A stretch of DNA of 62,110 bases, counting the filler, from Sphacelaria rigidula (Eukaryota), in NCBI GenBank assembly GCA_964200075.2. It is 8 parts of 8 records of this genome, joined end to end, with 100 filler letters (N's around TTAATTAATTAA, not from the genome) between each part and the next. Parts side by side here need not be neighbours in the genome. Positions count along the whole stretch, not along the records: positions 46,661 to 54,335 come from CAXNAA020013829.1; positions 54,436 to 62,110 come from CAXNAA020013830.1; 6 more parts are not named here. One strand, written 5' to 3'. Below, one piece after another: positions 47,039 through 59,329 of this stretch. The position numbers and the translations under genes were made by a program. Position 1 is the stretch's first letter. Each line of letters opens with the position of its first letter. The notes under the pieces were generated by a model. The model had not been told where the DNA came from and made no database searches. It worked only from the letters and a program-made list of their open reading frames with translations.

Positions 47039-50000
47039 GTCAGTGGCATCGAGGGCAACTTCCGCACGACATGCGAGTTGGTGATGTCCGTCCTCCGCGA
47101 GTCTCGAGACAGCCTGATCGCCATGCTAGAAGCCTTCGTACACGACCCCCTCGTGTCCTGGAAACTCCTGGGCACCAACAACCGTCAACCGTCACAACAG
47201 ACGACCTCCGGCGAAAACAACATGGGCACCACCAGTAGCGCCTTGAGAGGGAAGACCGAGCCCCCTACTGCGCCGTTCCACTCCACCAGTAACATGGAGC
47301 GCATACCGGTGCCTCCGGCCGTGGCTTCTCCCCCACGGAGTGAAACACGTCTAGGCCAGGCCGGCGGAGGCACCGTAGCGCCCGTAGGATCCACGGCCCA
47401 GATTGAAGAGCAACAAGCCCCCCCACCGCCAACGCCGCGTCTTGGTCCCGTAAACGGCAAGCCGCAGTGGCAGAATGTTCCCACGAGAATCGGTCCTGGG
47501 AACGGCCGGACGGGAAACTGGGGTGCTCCGCCGCAGCCGGCAGCGGGGGCTGCGGCGGGGGTGGCTGGCGTTGGAGCCCCCCCTGGGGTAGTACCTAACG
47601 GGGGCACTGGGTACGCGAATCTTGGCGCGCCTGTTGCGGGAATGGGTGAAGTTGGCTGGAAAGCGGGGGAGTCGACCTCGGAGGTTGGAGGGGCGGTGGC
47701 GGCAACGGGTATGCCAGGAGCAGCGCAGGGAGACGTTGGCGGGGCGGCGGGGGCAGCGACCACGGCAGCGACGGCGAGGTACCCCGACGATCGCAGTCAC
47801 GCCTATACATCACGGGGAGGTGGGGGTGGGGCTAGCCACGCTCCACCGGTTGTCCGGGGTCCGAGGGGAGGGACATCAATTCAAAGAGCATCTTTGCTGC
47901 AGGGTATGACCCCACTACAGCCGGTGCCTGAGTTTGTCCGCGGGATGGGATGGAGGGAATCGGATGGGGAGGAAGGGGAGGGGGGAGGGGAAGGGGAGGG
48001 GGAAGGGGAGGGGGAGGAGTCAATGACCCCTCCAGGAGCTATGGCGCTACAGGCGCCACCACCACATGCGGCGCCCACGGGGACCACGACGTCAACCCAT
48101 CTCGTGCCTCGGTTCGATCCGCAGCCGGGGCAGGAACAACATCGAACAGTGTTCGAGCCTCAGCTCAGTGCACCGCCGGTAGAAGAAGGTGAAACGCTCC
48201 TCGCGCCGCCGCTAGTGGATCCGGAGGATTCCCGGCAGTCGCACTTCAACCCGCACCTGGCGCAGCAAGGTCAGCCGATGCTCGAGCCCCAGTTCAACGC
48301 AACGTCGGTACAGCAAGATCATGTTCAAGTCCTGCTTGAGCCACAGTTCGATGCGCCTCCGGCACAGCAGCAGGGAGATACACTGCTCGCACCGCAGTAC
48401 AATGCCCCGCCACTACTTGAACCCCAACTCAATCACCAGCCTGTTGGACACCACGGTCAACAACCGCTTGAACCTGAGTTTAATGGACCACACTTCCAGC
48501 AGCAACAGCAACAACATCAACAAGGTCAGTACAACCCGCGCATGGTGATGAGTATGGACCTCTCATATCAGCCGATGGTATCGCACCACGACCTGGCGGC
48601 GCAGCAGCAGCAGCAACTTCAACAACAGCAACTGCTTGAAGCTCGCTTTACCAACGGGCAGCCGGGAGAGCATCCCCAAGAGTACCAGCCGCTTGAGCCA
48701 CAGTTCGGACCCACACCAGTGCGAGGCGAAGAGCAAAAGCAGCGCATCCTTGCCCAACATCAAAATGGGAGAGGTGCAGGCATGGGTGGACATCGACGTG
48801 GAGGTGGTGGCGGCGGCGGCCGTGGTAGTATGACGCGCGGTGGAAATGGAGAGCAGAGGTGAGAACGAGAAGGATACAGAGTGGGCAAATCATGATTTGT
48901 TGAAATCACCACCACTGTTGAGTTACGGTGAATTTGTAAACTTTGACTTCCCCTCAACGAAAAGCATGAGCGAAGAAAAACCCATGTGACGCGAACTGTG
49001 AAGCGTCACCATGAAGAAGTGAGCAAGAGGAAGGTTGGCATAGCATTGCCTTCTGTTACGCTAGAAAACTGTGGGCGTGTCCATGCAGCGTAAGCGGTAG
49101 GACGTGGACGCTATGCGCTCATGCACCATCAGGCGTAATGCTTTGTCGTATCGTCCGGCCCAGGACGCATAATTTACTTGATGTCTGAAACAAATGTCAA
49201 GGGAGAATTTACCCGAGGATGTGTCGCTCACCTGTTTCTTTTTTGTTTGTGTCCTTTGTTTGTGTCCTTTGTTTGTGTCCTTTGTTTGTGTCCTTTGTTT
49301 GTGTCCTTTGTTTGTCGATGCACGCCACGAACGTCGCACTCCGCAGGAGCAGCCGGCCGAGAAAGGCTAAGGTTCCGCCTAGCGCATCGGTGACCATCCA
49401 AAGAAACAGAACACCATCCATATCTATCGGTGAGGGGCCAAACAACGCAGAGGATGAACATGATCCCATCGATGATTTTGAGGAGGAGGAGATTGTGGCA
49501 GCGGCGGCAGCAGCGGCGGCAGCGGCGGCGGCGACCGGAGGCGGGGTCCGCCCCAGCAAGCCAAACAGCTATATCCAGCAGAGCTCAAGCTTCAAGCCGA
49601 ACATGCATCTTCAGATGCAGGCTCTTTCGGCCAGGCACAACGGGAGCGCTGCCATGTGCGTTGCTACAAAAAATGAATACATTCTTGGAAGTGTAGGGAG
49701 GCCTGTCGGGTTTTTTTTTTGAAGCCGTACTACGAGTATGTCTTGATGTCTTGATGTGTTGAACTGCCGTTCGTTTCTCGATTGCAGCTTACTATGTCCT
49801 TTTCATTTCCCTCCCTTATGGAGTCTCCTTCAGCAAGTTTTGTCGGTTATACACCTTGGGTGTGTCTATCTTGTGATGACTACGCTTGGTACACCATGTG
49901 CTGCTGTTACAATATGTGGCAGTCGTAGCGGCTACGAAGTATGTCATGATACCCCATGTGTGTACGATACAGGGTTGACTCAATCTTTACTCGCACCCTG

Positions 50001-52020
50001 CAGTCGCTCGTTATTGTATATCATGTACTATTGATGCGTTGTAGACTGTGTGGTCGATTGAAGGGTTGGTCACGGCGACGCAGCACGAGAGTATATTCTA
50101 GGCAGGGGTCCTACTTCATGGCCAACGGAATGCGCTCAGGATGAGATCTGATGTGAAGATATGTGGAAAATTCAAGGCCCTCCCTTTCCTTGCCTTCTCT
50201 GTTTTTTTTTTTCCGGGTACAACCTTTAGTGCCTTTAGACTCTGCTTGGCGTTTACTTGTGTTGAGCTAGAGCTTAACGTGCAAGCGTGCTTGGTTTGTA
50301 TTAAAAAATACTGCCCGCGCGCCAAGCGCCTTTCCCCGATCTACAACGAGGCAGCGGATTCTTTAGTGGAGTTGGTTGGTTATTATTGGATGGTTTTGTC
50401 ACACTATTTTCACAGACACGAACCCAGCCGTGATAGCCACGCGCGAGCACAATAGTGTTTCAGAGATGACAGCACACCTTACAATAGCTCACGGCTAGCT
50501 CATTTTCCGTTCCCTTTCCCTGCTCGCGTAACAATCTACGTCTCGTCCTTGCTTATCCACCCAACAGGACCGGGATGGATGGTCGCGCGGACGGTGGCCC
50601 GGGTGTAACCGTGACCTCCATCGCCAACGCTCGATTTTCCCGCAGTACTCGCGAGCGCGACCTGATCCTAGCTCACGGCGCAGAGGGGTCGTCTGCTCCC
50701 CAGGAGGCTTTGAATGCGAAGGCCGTACAGGTGATTCGCAGGGTGCAGGACAAACTGGCTGGTCTGGACTTCGGCAACAAGGACCCGTATGATGTTGACG
50801 AGCAGGTGGACCGCCTCATCCAGCAGGTGACCGAGCACAATTGACGCCGAGATTGAAATACTGTCGGGAAAATTGCCGATGCAACGGTTCAGTTGTTACA
50901 TTTTCTTGGTTCTTGTAGTTGTGGTGAACAACTGAACAGTTGAACGTCGCGTTCCGTCTTTTCTGTACGCGAAAGTTCGACCGCTCCGCAAGGAGCGAGC
51001 AGACGGAACTCCTTATCAAGCAGGCGAAGCAGGCCTGTCACTGTAGGTGATTAAATGATTACTGTTATATCGTACCGTGATGATATTTATATTTTTCTCA
51101 ATTTACCATGTTCCAAGTCGCAGCCGTTCAGATGAAATGTTCCGTCGGTATGTGTCGTGAGCCAGCCTGTAACTTTATTTGCCCTTATCAAGTGATATGG
51201 TCATGGCGCACTGTACTGCATACGCGAACTTGTTGGAGTAAAGACGGTCGACGATACGTTCATACTGCTTTCAGCTCTACCAGCATCCGTAGGAACTATT
51301 TATGGACTGCCCAGTGCAACGCACATGAGTCCAGCGAACGAGTCTGGCGGTGGGGCACGACTATCATGATACATAGCGCCCGTTAGGGGCATCATGAATG
51401 TCTTCTACTCCGCATTATCTCTCTTGGTGCCCAGTAACTGGAATTACTGCTCTGAACGCAACCAGTCATTCATCCAAGAATCTTACGTCTCGCCCCCAAC
51501 ACGCGAACTGCGTATAGTGATGGCATCCCGATCAACTCCTTCGCCCACTGTGCCCCTAGCTTCAGAATGTGTTCCCCTTTGCGCCAGGCTCAATTGAGCG
51601 AGGATCTGTCACGGTGTCATTGGCTTGTGACCTCTTTGAAAAAGCAGCGTTATTGAGTGAGAAATAGCACTATTAGTAGCTAATAAAACACTGACCCGGC
51701 TCTTTTTTGGGTTGTGTCCAATGAAACGCAAGGCATTAGAGAAAATAATGGGTACCATGGGAACATGCAATTCGTATGTTAGGGGGAAGATACATATATC
51801 CAGTTTCGAAATTTTCGCCGTTGATTGCCAGTTACTCGAACCTCTACGGCAAGTGCCACTGGCAATGTATGAGCAACAAGCAAAGTGCGTATCGTGATCA
51901 CCCCTCACCATCCCTTCCGTCTACTTTGTTTCATGTTTTCCGATGTGGTTCGCGTTACACCAGGCCCAATCTAACGAGAAGTTGTGCCAGTGCTTCATTG
52001 GCTGGTGCCCGTTTTGGTGA
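47039..52020 (+). CDS. TOR: Target of rapamycin (TOR) kinase, C-terminal part (end of PIKK kinase domain plus FATC)
   Basis: Phase-consistent exons 47039-48858, 49347-49655, 50568-50826, 51964-52020. [44 protein letters not shown], then [21 protein letters not shown]...[33 protein letters not shown], the diagnostic TOR FATC. Confidence 0.96.
49243..49316. repeat. 13-bp minisatellite (TTTGTGTCCTTTG) x ~5, intronic
   Basis: Seen directly in the sequence. Confidence 0.9.
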
Positions 52021-52149
52021 CGCGGCATCCTTGGCACTTGCGTCGATATTTCAAGAGGTCTCGTTCCTTCGTTTCCTGGAAGGTAACATGTCGTGGGTAT
52101 GGACAATAGTAGACGCAGGTAGTGAAAAAACGTGTAAACCTGGGGGAGA

Positions 52150-54150
52150 AGCATCAGTGGATTGGCGGGCATGAACCTCGAAGAAAAATTGGCACGGTCT
52201 GCTGGAGTGTTACGGGAGTTTTCGCAGTTGATTTCGGGCCGGTGAGGAACAAGGGAGCGAGGGAAACCGTCCGGCCTGAGCAATTTCTGGTTCCAAATAG
52301 GACCACCCGTTCCATCGAGAAATGTACATCTGTGTTCACTTTCGGAAGGTTCACCTTCGGTGGCGTGAACCGTTTGAGCGCGAGGCCGTCTTTTGGAACC
52401 AAATGTTGTAATTGGGGACGCGGGGGAAGTTGGGGAGAAGGGGATCATTTGTGGTGTCAAGAAGCGTGTCCGACGGACATACGGCAGGAAAAATACTGGG
52501 ATCAATATTTCTCAATTTGTAGTGAGCGTGGTGAGCTCTGTGCAGAACGACATTTTAATGGTGAGTTTTGTACAGTCTCGCACCTACGAGTTGAAAAATC
52601 AGCACATGGGGAAAACGATGGGAAAAGGGGGTTCGTAATGTTTCGGGTTGACTTTATACAGGTCGGAACAGATGTAGACATGTGCCGACCTTCCTTGTTA
52701 TTTCTACAGAGCAGGGTGGGGCCATGTGTTGATGATTTTGTGCGATAGAGATGTACAGTAGTGTGGTTGATGTGGCGATTTGAAGAGCATGTAGACGTAC
52801 GGTGAGCCAGTGGATATACGAGATTGTAGGTGGGAATTTCCTAGCTGTAGCTGACGCGAGAAAGCTTTGTAGTTGCCCGCATTCAGGTTCCAAGGGTTTG
52901 GCCCCATTTGTGAAGTTTTGTCAATGCTACCACATCTTCGCCAATCCGATGGTGGGCGCGATGTTGAAAGCAGGAGCTTGTAAGTCAGAAGTATGTGAAG
53001 CGGGTGATGGCCATCCCCAGAGCGTATCTTCGTTTGTTTGTCACTTTCATGTTGGATGCACAAAACACAGGTTTTTGCCTGCACTGGAGTTGCTGTGCTT
53101 CCTTGTCCAAACTGGTATATTAAGCAACGGCCAGTCGGGACGGATTTCGTAGGCGAAAAAGAGTTTGTTGAAGAATCAGGTTCGAACTCGAGGTATTGAC
53201 GACTCTGTATGCCCACATCACTGAGCGGAATCCTTATCTCGAATTTTGGGTGATGAATTCAGCGACAGAAGTCGCTCTGGCTTAGCGCTCTAGACGCTCA
53301 GAGTCGTGAAAGCCGGTGAGGAAGTATTGGCGTAGGGGCATGGAGTTGACAAACCCATCGAAGACGTGATGATTGATGCAAGTAGGTTGAGGAAAACGCG
53401 GGTTGAAGCTCATTTTCGGGAAGATGAAACTCTCTTGGTTGGTACGGATCTCTACAGTGTATTCCCTTGTCGAAAACCTTTAAGACGTCTTTAAGACGTG
53501 GGAAAGCGAGAAAAGTAGTTTCAATTGTCGACGAAAACCTCCTTTAAGACGTCTTTAAGATGTGGGGACAATGTCTGGAGGAGCTGTGGATGTGTTACCT
53601 GGGAGAACGAACTCGTCTTGTGGAAGGCAGGCGGAGCGGGATTGATCAGATAAAAATACATTTTTTTCGCTCTTTGGTTCGCCCGAAAAGATACCCGGTC
53701 AACCAACGCATGATGCCGTGTTGTGCCGACCCGCTGACGAGAACCCGCGTTGACAATCACGGAGCAATTATGCTGCTCGGGTTCCTGGATGGATTTTTGT
53801 GACGGGGTGCTTTTGATTCTCACACGGCGACCAGCCAGCATGCAGTTCGAACCCTGTTCCGTATAATCGCTCATGTAGACACTGGGGCGAGCTCGTTGAT
53901 GGATCTCCGCCTGCCGGGGCTATTCGAAACGATCATTTTATAAGAGGTGTGGGTGATTTACCTATCGTTGGATCCTGCGTATTGTAGTGCAAAATTCTCT
54001 TGTATTCGATGAAAGCAGGGGGAATTTCGGCAAAAAAGTGTACTTCATAGATTTTCTGTAGAGTGTCGTGTTCGCCACTTGATTGTCCTGGCTTGTCATC
54101 AGTAGATTGAGGTGAACCATTCTTGTCTTGATGTGACAAAATGCGTCTCT
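52150..54150 (-). pseudogene. Possible heavily degraded retroelement (Penelope-like?)
   Basis: Intron-free stretch with broken minus-strand frames. Fragments such as FVNSMPLRQYF, KIINTWPH, EPPFSHRFPHVLIFQLVGARL and GTRNCSG..LFLTGPK loosely recall Penelope ORF segments. No intact RT motif was seen. Confidence 0.25.
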
Positions 54151-54669
54151 CCGTTCGTGGGGTGTCGTGATTCAGGGTTGGGCAGGTGCTCACTTCATGA
54201 TGATGGGGATTCGGGCGGGGGGGGGGAGGGGTGTACTCGTGATCGTAGTCATTAGGCCATTGACCGCGCATCCCTACAAAGCTGGGACGGAGCACGCCGG
54301 GTTTTCGCCGGACCAGGCTCGTACTCATGACCTTGNNNNNNNNNNNNNNNNNNNNNNNNNNNNNNNNNNNNNNNNNNNNTTAATTAATTAANNNNNNNNN
54401 NNNNNNNNNNNNNNNNNNNNNNNNNNNNNNNNNNNGTTTCCACCGGTGCTTCCCCCGCTTTTGTTTTTAAGATAACCCCCCACCAAAAAAAAACCCTCCC
54501 CCCACCAAAAGGATCCCCCCCCCCCCCCCCCCCCCCCCCCCCCTTGTGATGAGTCGAACTCCGTTTCTCGAGCGCGACAAACTAAGAACTGTACTCGGTT
54601 GTGTAAACGTGCGTGGCAGGCGATGTCGGGGCCGGCTGTTCCGGGCCGGTTCAGCTTCCGTTTCTCCAG

Positions 54670-57600
54670 GCAGCCGTACCACGTAACAGTTGACTACACC
54701 GTGCAAGGCAGGGCAGTGGAGGGAAGGCCTCAGGTATATTCGAGCGGGCTAACGTAGTCACCGAATGCTTCACAGTGCGGTGCACACATTCGTTTCACTC
54801 ATGAGAGGAACCAACGTGGCGTCCCGGCGTGTTGTCTATTGCAGTGTATCGCACGTCGTGGAGGAGACGAATGATGGCAGTGTCATTTAACTCGGCCTTG
54901 TAGAAGGTGTAGGACGCATAGGCTGACAACGTCGTATCCAGGACATCGTCGGAGCCCCTCTGGCTACAAAATCTCTAATCAATTTTGCGTTCATCAGTGG
55001 GTTTGAAAAAGCTCGAGTGAGTGTCAACCTCTACGAGTGTAGAGCTGCTGATGCTTTTCCCCCCCCATGTTTGGATGTACCGGTGCTCCTGTTGTAAGGA
55101 AACCTAAACCCCCCGGCGGTGGAAAATTCGGCTCCTTCGCTAATTCATTTGTAAGGCTCTCTTATGTTTTTGCACTTGTTCACTGTTGCGAGGAAGACAT
55201 GCTGCCAACTCAGCTCCACCGGGCCGCCCCTATGCTTCCGAAACACACGCCACACCACAATGAAAGAAACAAGGGCACAACGTAGCTCATGGATTCCATG
55301 TGTATCACCTCTTGCTGTAATATTTGACTTGGATAATTAATTTCTTCCTTGCCCTTGTCCTTTTACGTCCGGGTGTCTCTTCGGCACGTTCTTTTGGTTC
55401 CTCATGCAGGCGACGGTCATGAGCTACCGTATCAGGATTAGCTTCATCGACATACGGGTGAGTCTCGACCCCTTCGCTCCCAGGTTGACAAAAGAAGAAC
55501 AAGGAGGACGGGGAGGGGGGAGGGGGGAGGGGGGTGGGCAGACGGAAGGGAAGAAGTAAGCGGGATGCTACTCCTGTATCAGACAAGTAGCAGTGAGCGT
55601 CCCGAGGAAGTTACGAAGGGTATCGAGGTCCGCGCCTTGCGGTTAGATGGAGTCCGAACCACTGCGGACATGTAGCAGCGTCCAACAAGGGATGTACGCA
55701 GAATGCATGTGGGCACGCCCGCATTTTGTTGTTGTTTTATTCGTCGCACACAGGTAACGTAGAATACCAACTAGACCAATAGTAGTGGTGTCCAAGAAAA
55801 AACACTGGGCGCTGTTGTTTCCCCCGCTGTGGCTATGACGCGGGTTCAATAGTTACATACAGCAATGATAGCGTTCAGTTGAGGTCTTACGCGCACAATT
55901 TTGTGTATGCATGTATTGGTCGGCGTGGATCTCAAGAGTGGAAAAATAATGAAAGATATACCAGTTTTTGCCTGTTCCCCGCGGATACGGGGTCGAAGTG
56001 ACGTGAGCAAGTGGAGTAGATCAAGGATGTGTTTTATTGGACGTGAAGATTGTCCATCGTTGTCAACTTCAAATCTGGTTCACCATTTCACGGGATTAAG
56101 TGCGACAATAGTGAGGAGATCTGGGGTTGAAGTCATGATCCACCGGCTAACCGTCGACGCCGGGAATTCCGACGATACGGCCGAAGGAATCTCTCCGTTT
56201 GCGCATCCCCTGGTCCCCAACCGAACCGAAGCATACCCTTTTCACAAGTTGAGAGAAACCCACCTGAGATCTGTCCGAGGAGGCTAGGCGTCGAGGGTGA
56301 AAAAAAAGTAATTGTTCACGCGATATTCTTGGTACAGCGGTATATCAACTCCTTCCCTCCCCACGGAAAATAAAACATTTCCCAGGTAATGATGCTTCGA
56401 ATCGAGAATCTTCTTCTTCGCGGCGACGGTCAAGTAACCCAAGGCCGACTGCTTGAGGAGAGTTCCCTCATGCAAGGCATTGGGGGCGGGGAGAGCGGCG
56501 CGGCTGCTTCGGCCAGCGGTCAGCCGGTTGGCGCGGCCGGTGGGCATGGCGGCGCGGGGCATCACGAGAGCGGTCTCGGTAAGTACGCACGAGTTGTTCA
56601 TCTCTGGACGACTGTGGTTTGCTGGTGTGTGTGTCTGTGCTGTCATTTGTTTTGTCGTTTTTTTGAGTTTTGTTTGTTGCTGCAGCCGTGTTTCGTGTTG
56701 TACGTCTCCCCTTGTCCCATGCTGATGACATGTACATGACGTATGAGTTCATCGTCTGGATAACGCGTTGTACTGTAGCCCTCTTCATCTGCTCACTTTT
56801 GCCTCATCGTCCACGCCCAAAATTATACATTCCAGGGAGCTTGGAGCGGGTTATCGCGCAAGTAGACATGGAGGAGGGCGTGCCAAATAACGGGAGGTCG
56901 GACCTTCGTGTCACAGTACCCGATCCCAACGATAGCTATGGCCAGGGGCATCGAGCGGGGACCGGGGGCGGAACAAGGGACGGAAATGGCGCTGCAGGGG
57001 GGGCAGGCTGGACCGATATGTTCCAGGGGATGACCGTAGAGGTATGTGTGATCTGTGCTCGTACTCACCATACGAACTCGTGTGATGAGTATTGCAACGG
57101 CGTCTGCTTATTGCGGCTTTATTTTCGGATGTCTTCGATGCTCTATAGAGGGAGCACGTCTTGAGCCGAAACTGACACGATGCAGCAAGCACGCTGATCA
57201 TCCTCCGGCTTCTCGTGCAAGCCACACGATGACGCCATCAGCTCTACCCCACCACGAGACGGTGGGTTGGGCTTGACCTGGTTCGTTTCGCTACAGCTGT
57301 CCCCACTTCTCGTCCTGTTGGTGAGGTCATGCCAAGTTTCTTTGCCACTGCTTCCTCCCGGCACCCCAGCCAGCGTTTGCCTAATATACCGTTGTGTGCC
57401 CCCTCCCTCACCCGCATTCGCGATACCAGCTTGCTCAAGAGCAAGCGGCGCAGCTCCCAGGGGATGGGTCCCTTAACCACCTCCATCTTCCCGGTGGGTC
57501 GTCATCTCTCTCACAACTGCAGCAGCAACAACACGCGGCGCTGTCGCGTCACCCCTCACAACAGCAACATCCTCATGCGGCCGCCGGCCGCGGCGGGCGT

Positions 57601-59329
57601 CACGACGGGCGACTTGGACGGGGCTCTCCGCGGAGCGCCGGCGGGGGGCGTGGTGGGAGGGAGGGCGGTGACAGGCGGGGTGGGGGCGGCGGGCAGCAGC
57701 AACAGCGGTACAACGCTCAGGGTAAGCGAGGGGTGTAGAGAGGACTGACGGAACGCCCTTGCTTTTTTGGTTCGTTTGTTTTTCGTGGAGTCGTTATCCT
57801 GGGGACGCGTGGAATCAACTGGCCGAGGTTGGGGTTGGGAAGGGCGGACGGGGAGGCAAAATGGACAAAATGCATGCTGCGAATACGTAATGCACGTTGT
57901 AGAATGAGTCGACTTCTGAGCACGTGGTGGGATATTTTTCGTATTTGGAGACTCAAACAGGCACCCTCTTGGAGTGTCGAGTTGCTGCTTTCTTTTTTTA
58001 TTTCAAAGTGAATGCTGTTGAATGAGAGGTCGTCCTTGCTGGTAACAACAACGACCATCATACGGCCGTAACGATCATAGCGCGCACTTGAATCATGCCC
58101 CCCTCACCCTCCTGCGGCCTCGTCGCCTTCGCTGCTTTTCCTTCCCAACCCTTGGTGTTCCATCTGATGTAGGTCACCCTTCTTACGCGCATCAGCAAGG
58201 TGGAGGCCGGATGGTAGCTCAAGGGGTAAGTTTCAGCCGGTGTTTTAGGGTACATCATCGGTATGGCGTGACCAGAGCTGGAAACAGTTTGCCACCGGCT
58301 CGCAGTTCAGCGAATCCTGGTCTGATGAAGGTTCCGTTCATGTGCTTTCACCAGTCGTGCTAGAATACAGGTGCCGCTTGTCCTATCTAGGTCTGCTACG
58401 TTGTTTCTTTGCAAAGGAGACGTTGACAGCATCGCAGGCTGCGGTGCAGGATGGCGATGCCGCTGAACTCACGTCAGCTCATCTCGTTACGTCATTGTTT
58501 CCGCGACCGCGCTCTCCCTTGCCACTGCAAAGCCCACGCAATGAGGGTGCTTATTCCCTAACCCGCGCTTGTTTGACCTTTGTTGGCCGTGCCCTTCACT
58601 CCAAATGTGGTGCGCGGCCGTCGTGCTGTTTTTCCACCATGTTCAGGGAAATTCTCTTGGGTTTTTCGACGAGCCGCCACCTGGCCAGCATCAACAGCCG
58701 CAGCACGGGGGTGTGGTAGGGGGGCACTCGTGGACCCCCTCGAATGGAGGCATCATGAACTTGGAGTACGTTGAATTCACGTCTTTCCAGGTGAGGAGAG
58801 GAATTAACGAGCTGTGCAAGCGTGGGTCTTGTGTTGAACTCGCCTTTTTGTGAGTGGTCAAATCCCTCCGTCATGTCTAGGTGTCAACACTGGGTGAGTG
58901 GTTGACCTCCTTGTATAGGTTGAGGGGCATCACGAGCAGCTTGACAAGGAAGTGAAGACGATCGAGTTTGTTTCAATTGCAGGTGGAACTAAGAATGCCC
59001 ACTTCTGCACAAACTCAAAAGTGAGTCAAGTTATCCTTGTTATCGCGACACTTGTTGATGTTTGTTTATTTCGCTTTGGCACGATTCTACGGATTTGTTG
59101 AAACCCGCAACGTGTGCCATCCCGTCGGTGAAGCAGGATGCAGTTCATCACCCCTTCCCTGCCCCCCGTCCCTCCCGTGTTCCCCACGTCGGTTGTTTGC
59201 CCCGTGCTGTTGCCCTTCTGTGTAGGAACTTTTGGTGTTCTTTGGCCGTACCCTTACCGAACGATACGATACCTCCAGGGAGGAGCAAGAGACCATCCCG
59301 TCCCCCATGTACATGCACAACATGGATGA
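54670..59329 (+). CDS. Hypothetical protein, 3' part (9 exons, G/Q/H-rich C-terminus)
   Basis: Exons 54670-54733, 55410-55457, 56386-56578, 56836-57041, 57297-57320, 57430-57721, 58173-58225, 58647-58790 and 59279-59329 all have AG/GT borders and join in phase without stops. No family recognised. Confidence 0.7.

Noticed and set aside
56284-56646. Minus-strand PH-domain-like peptide (LHEGTLLKQS)
   Set aside because: Antisense to a plus-strand exon with good splice sites that fits a phase-consistent 9-exon model; no other PH features.
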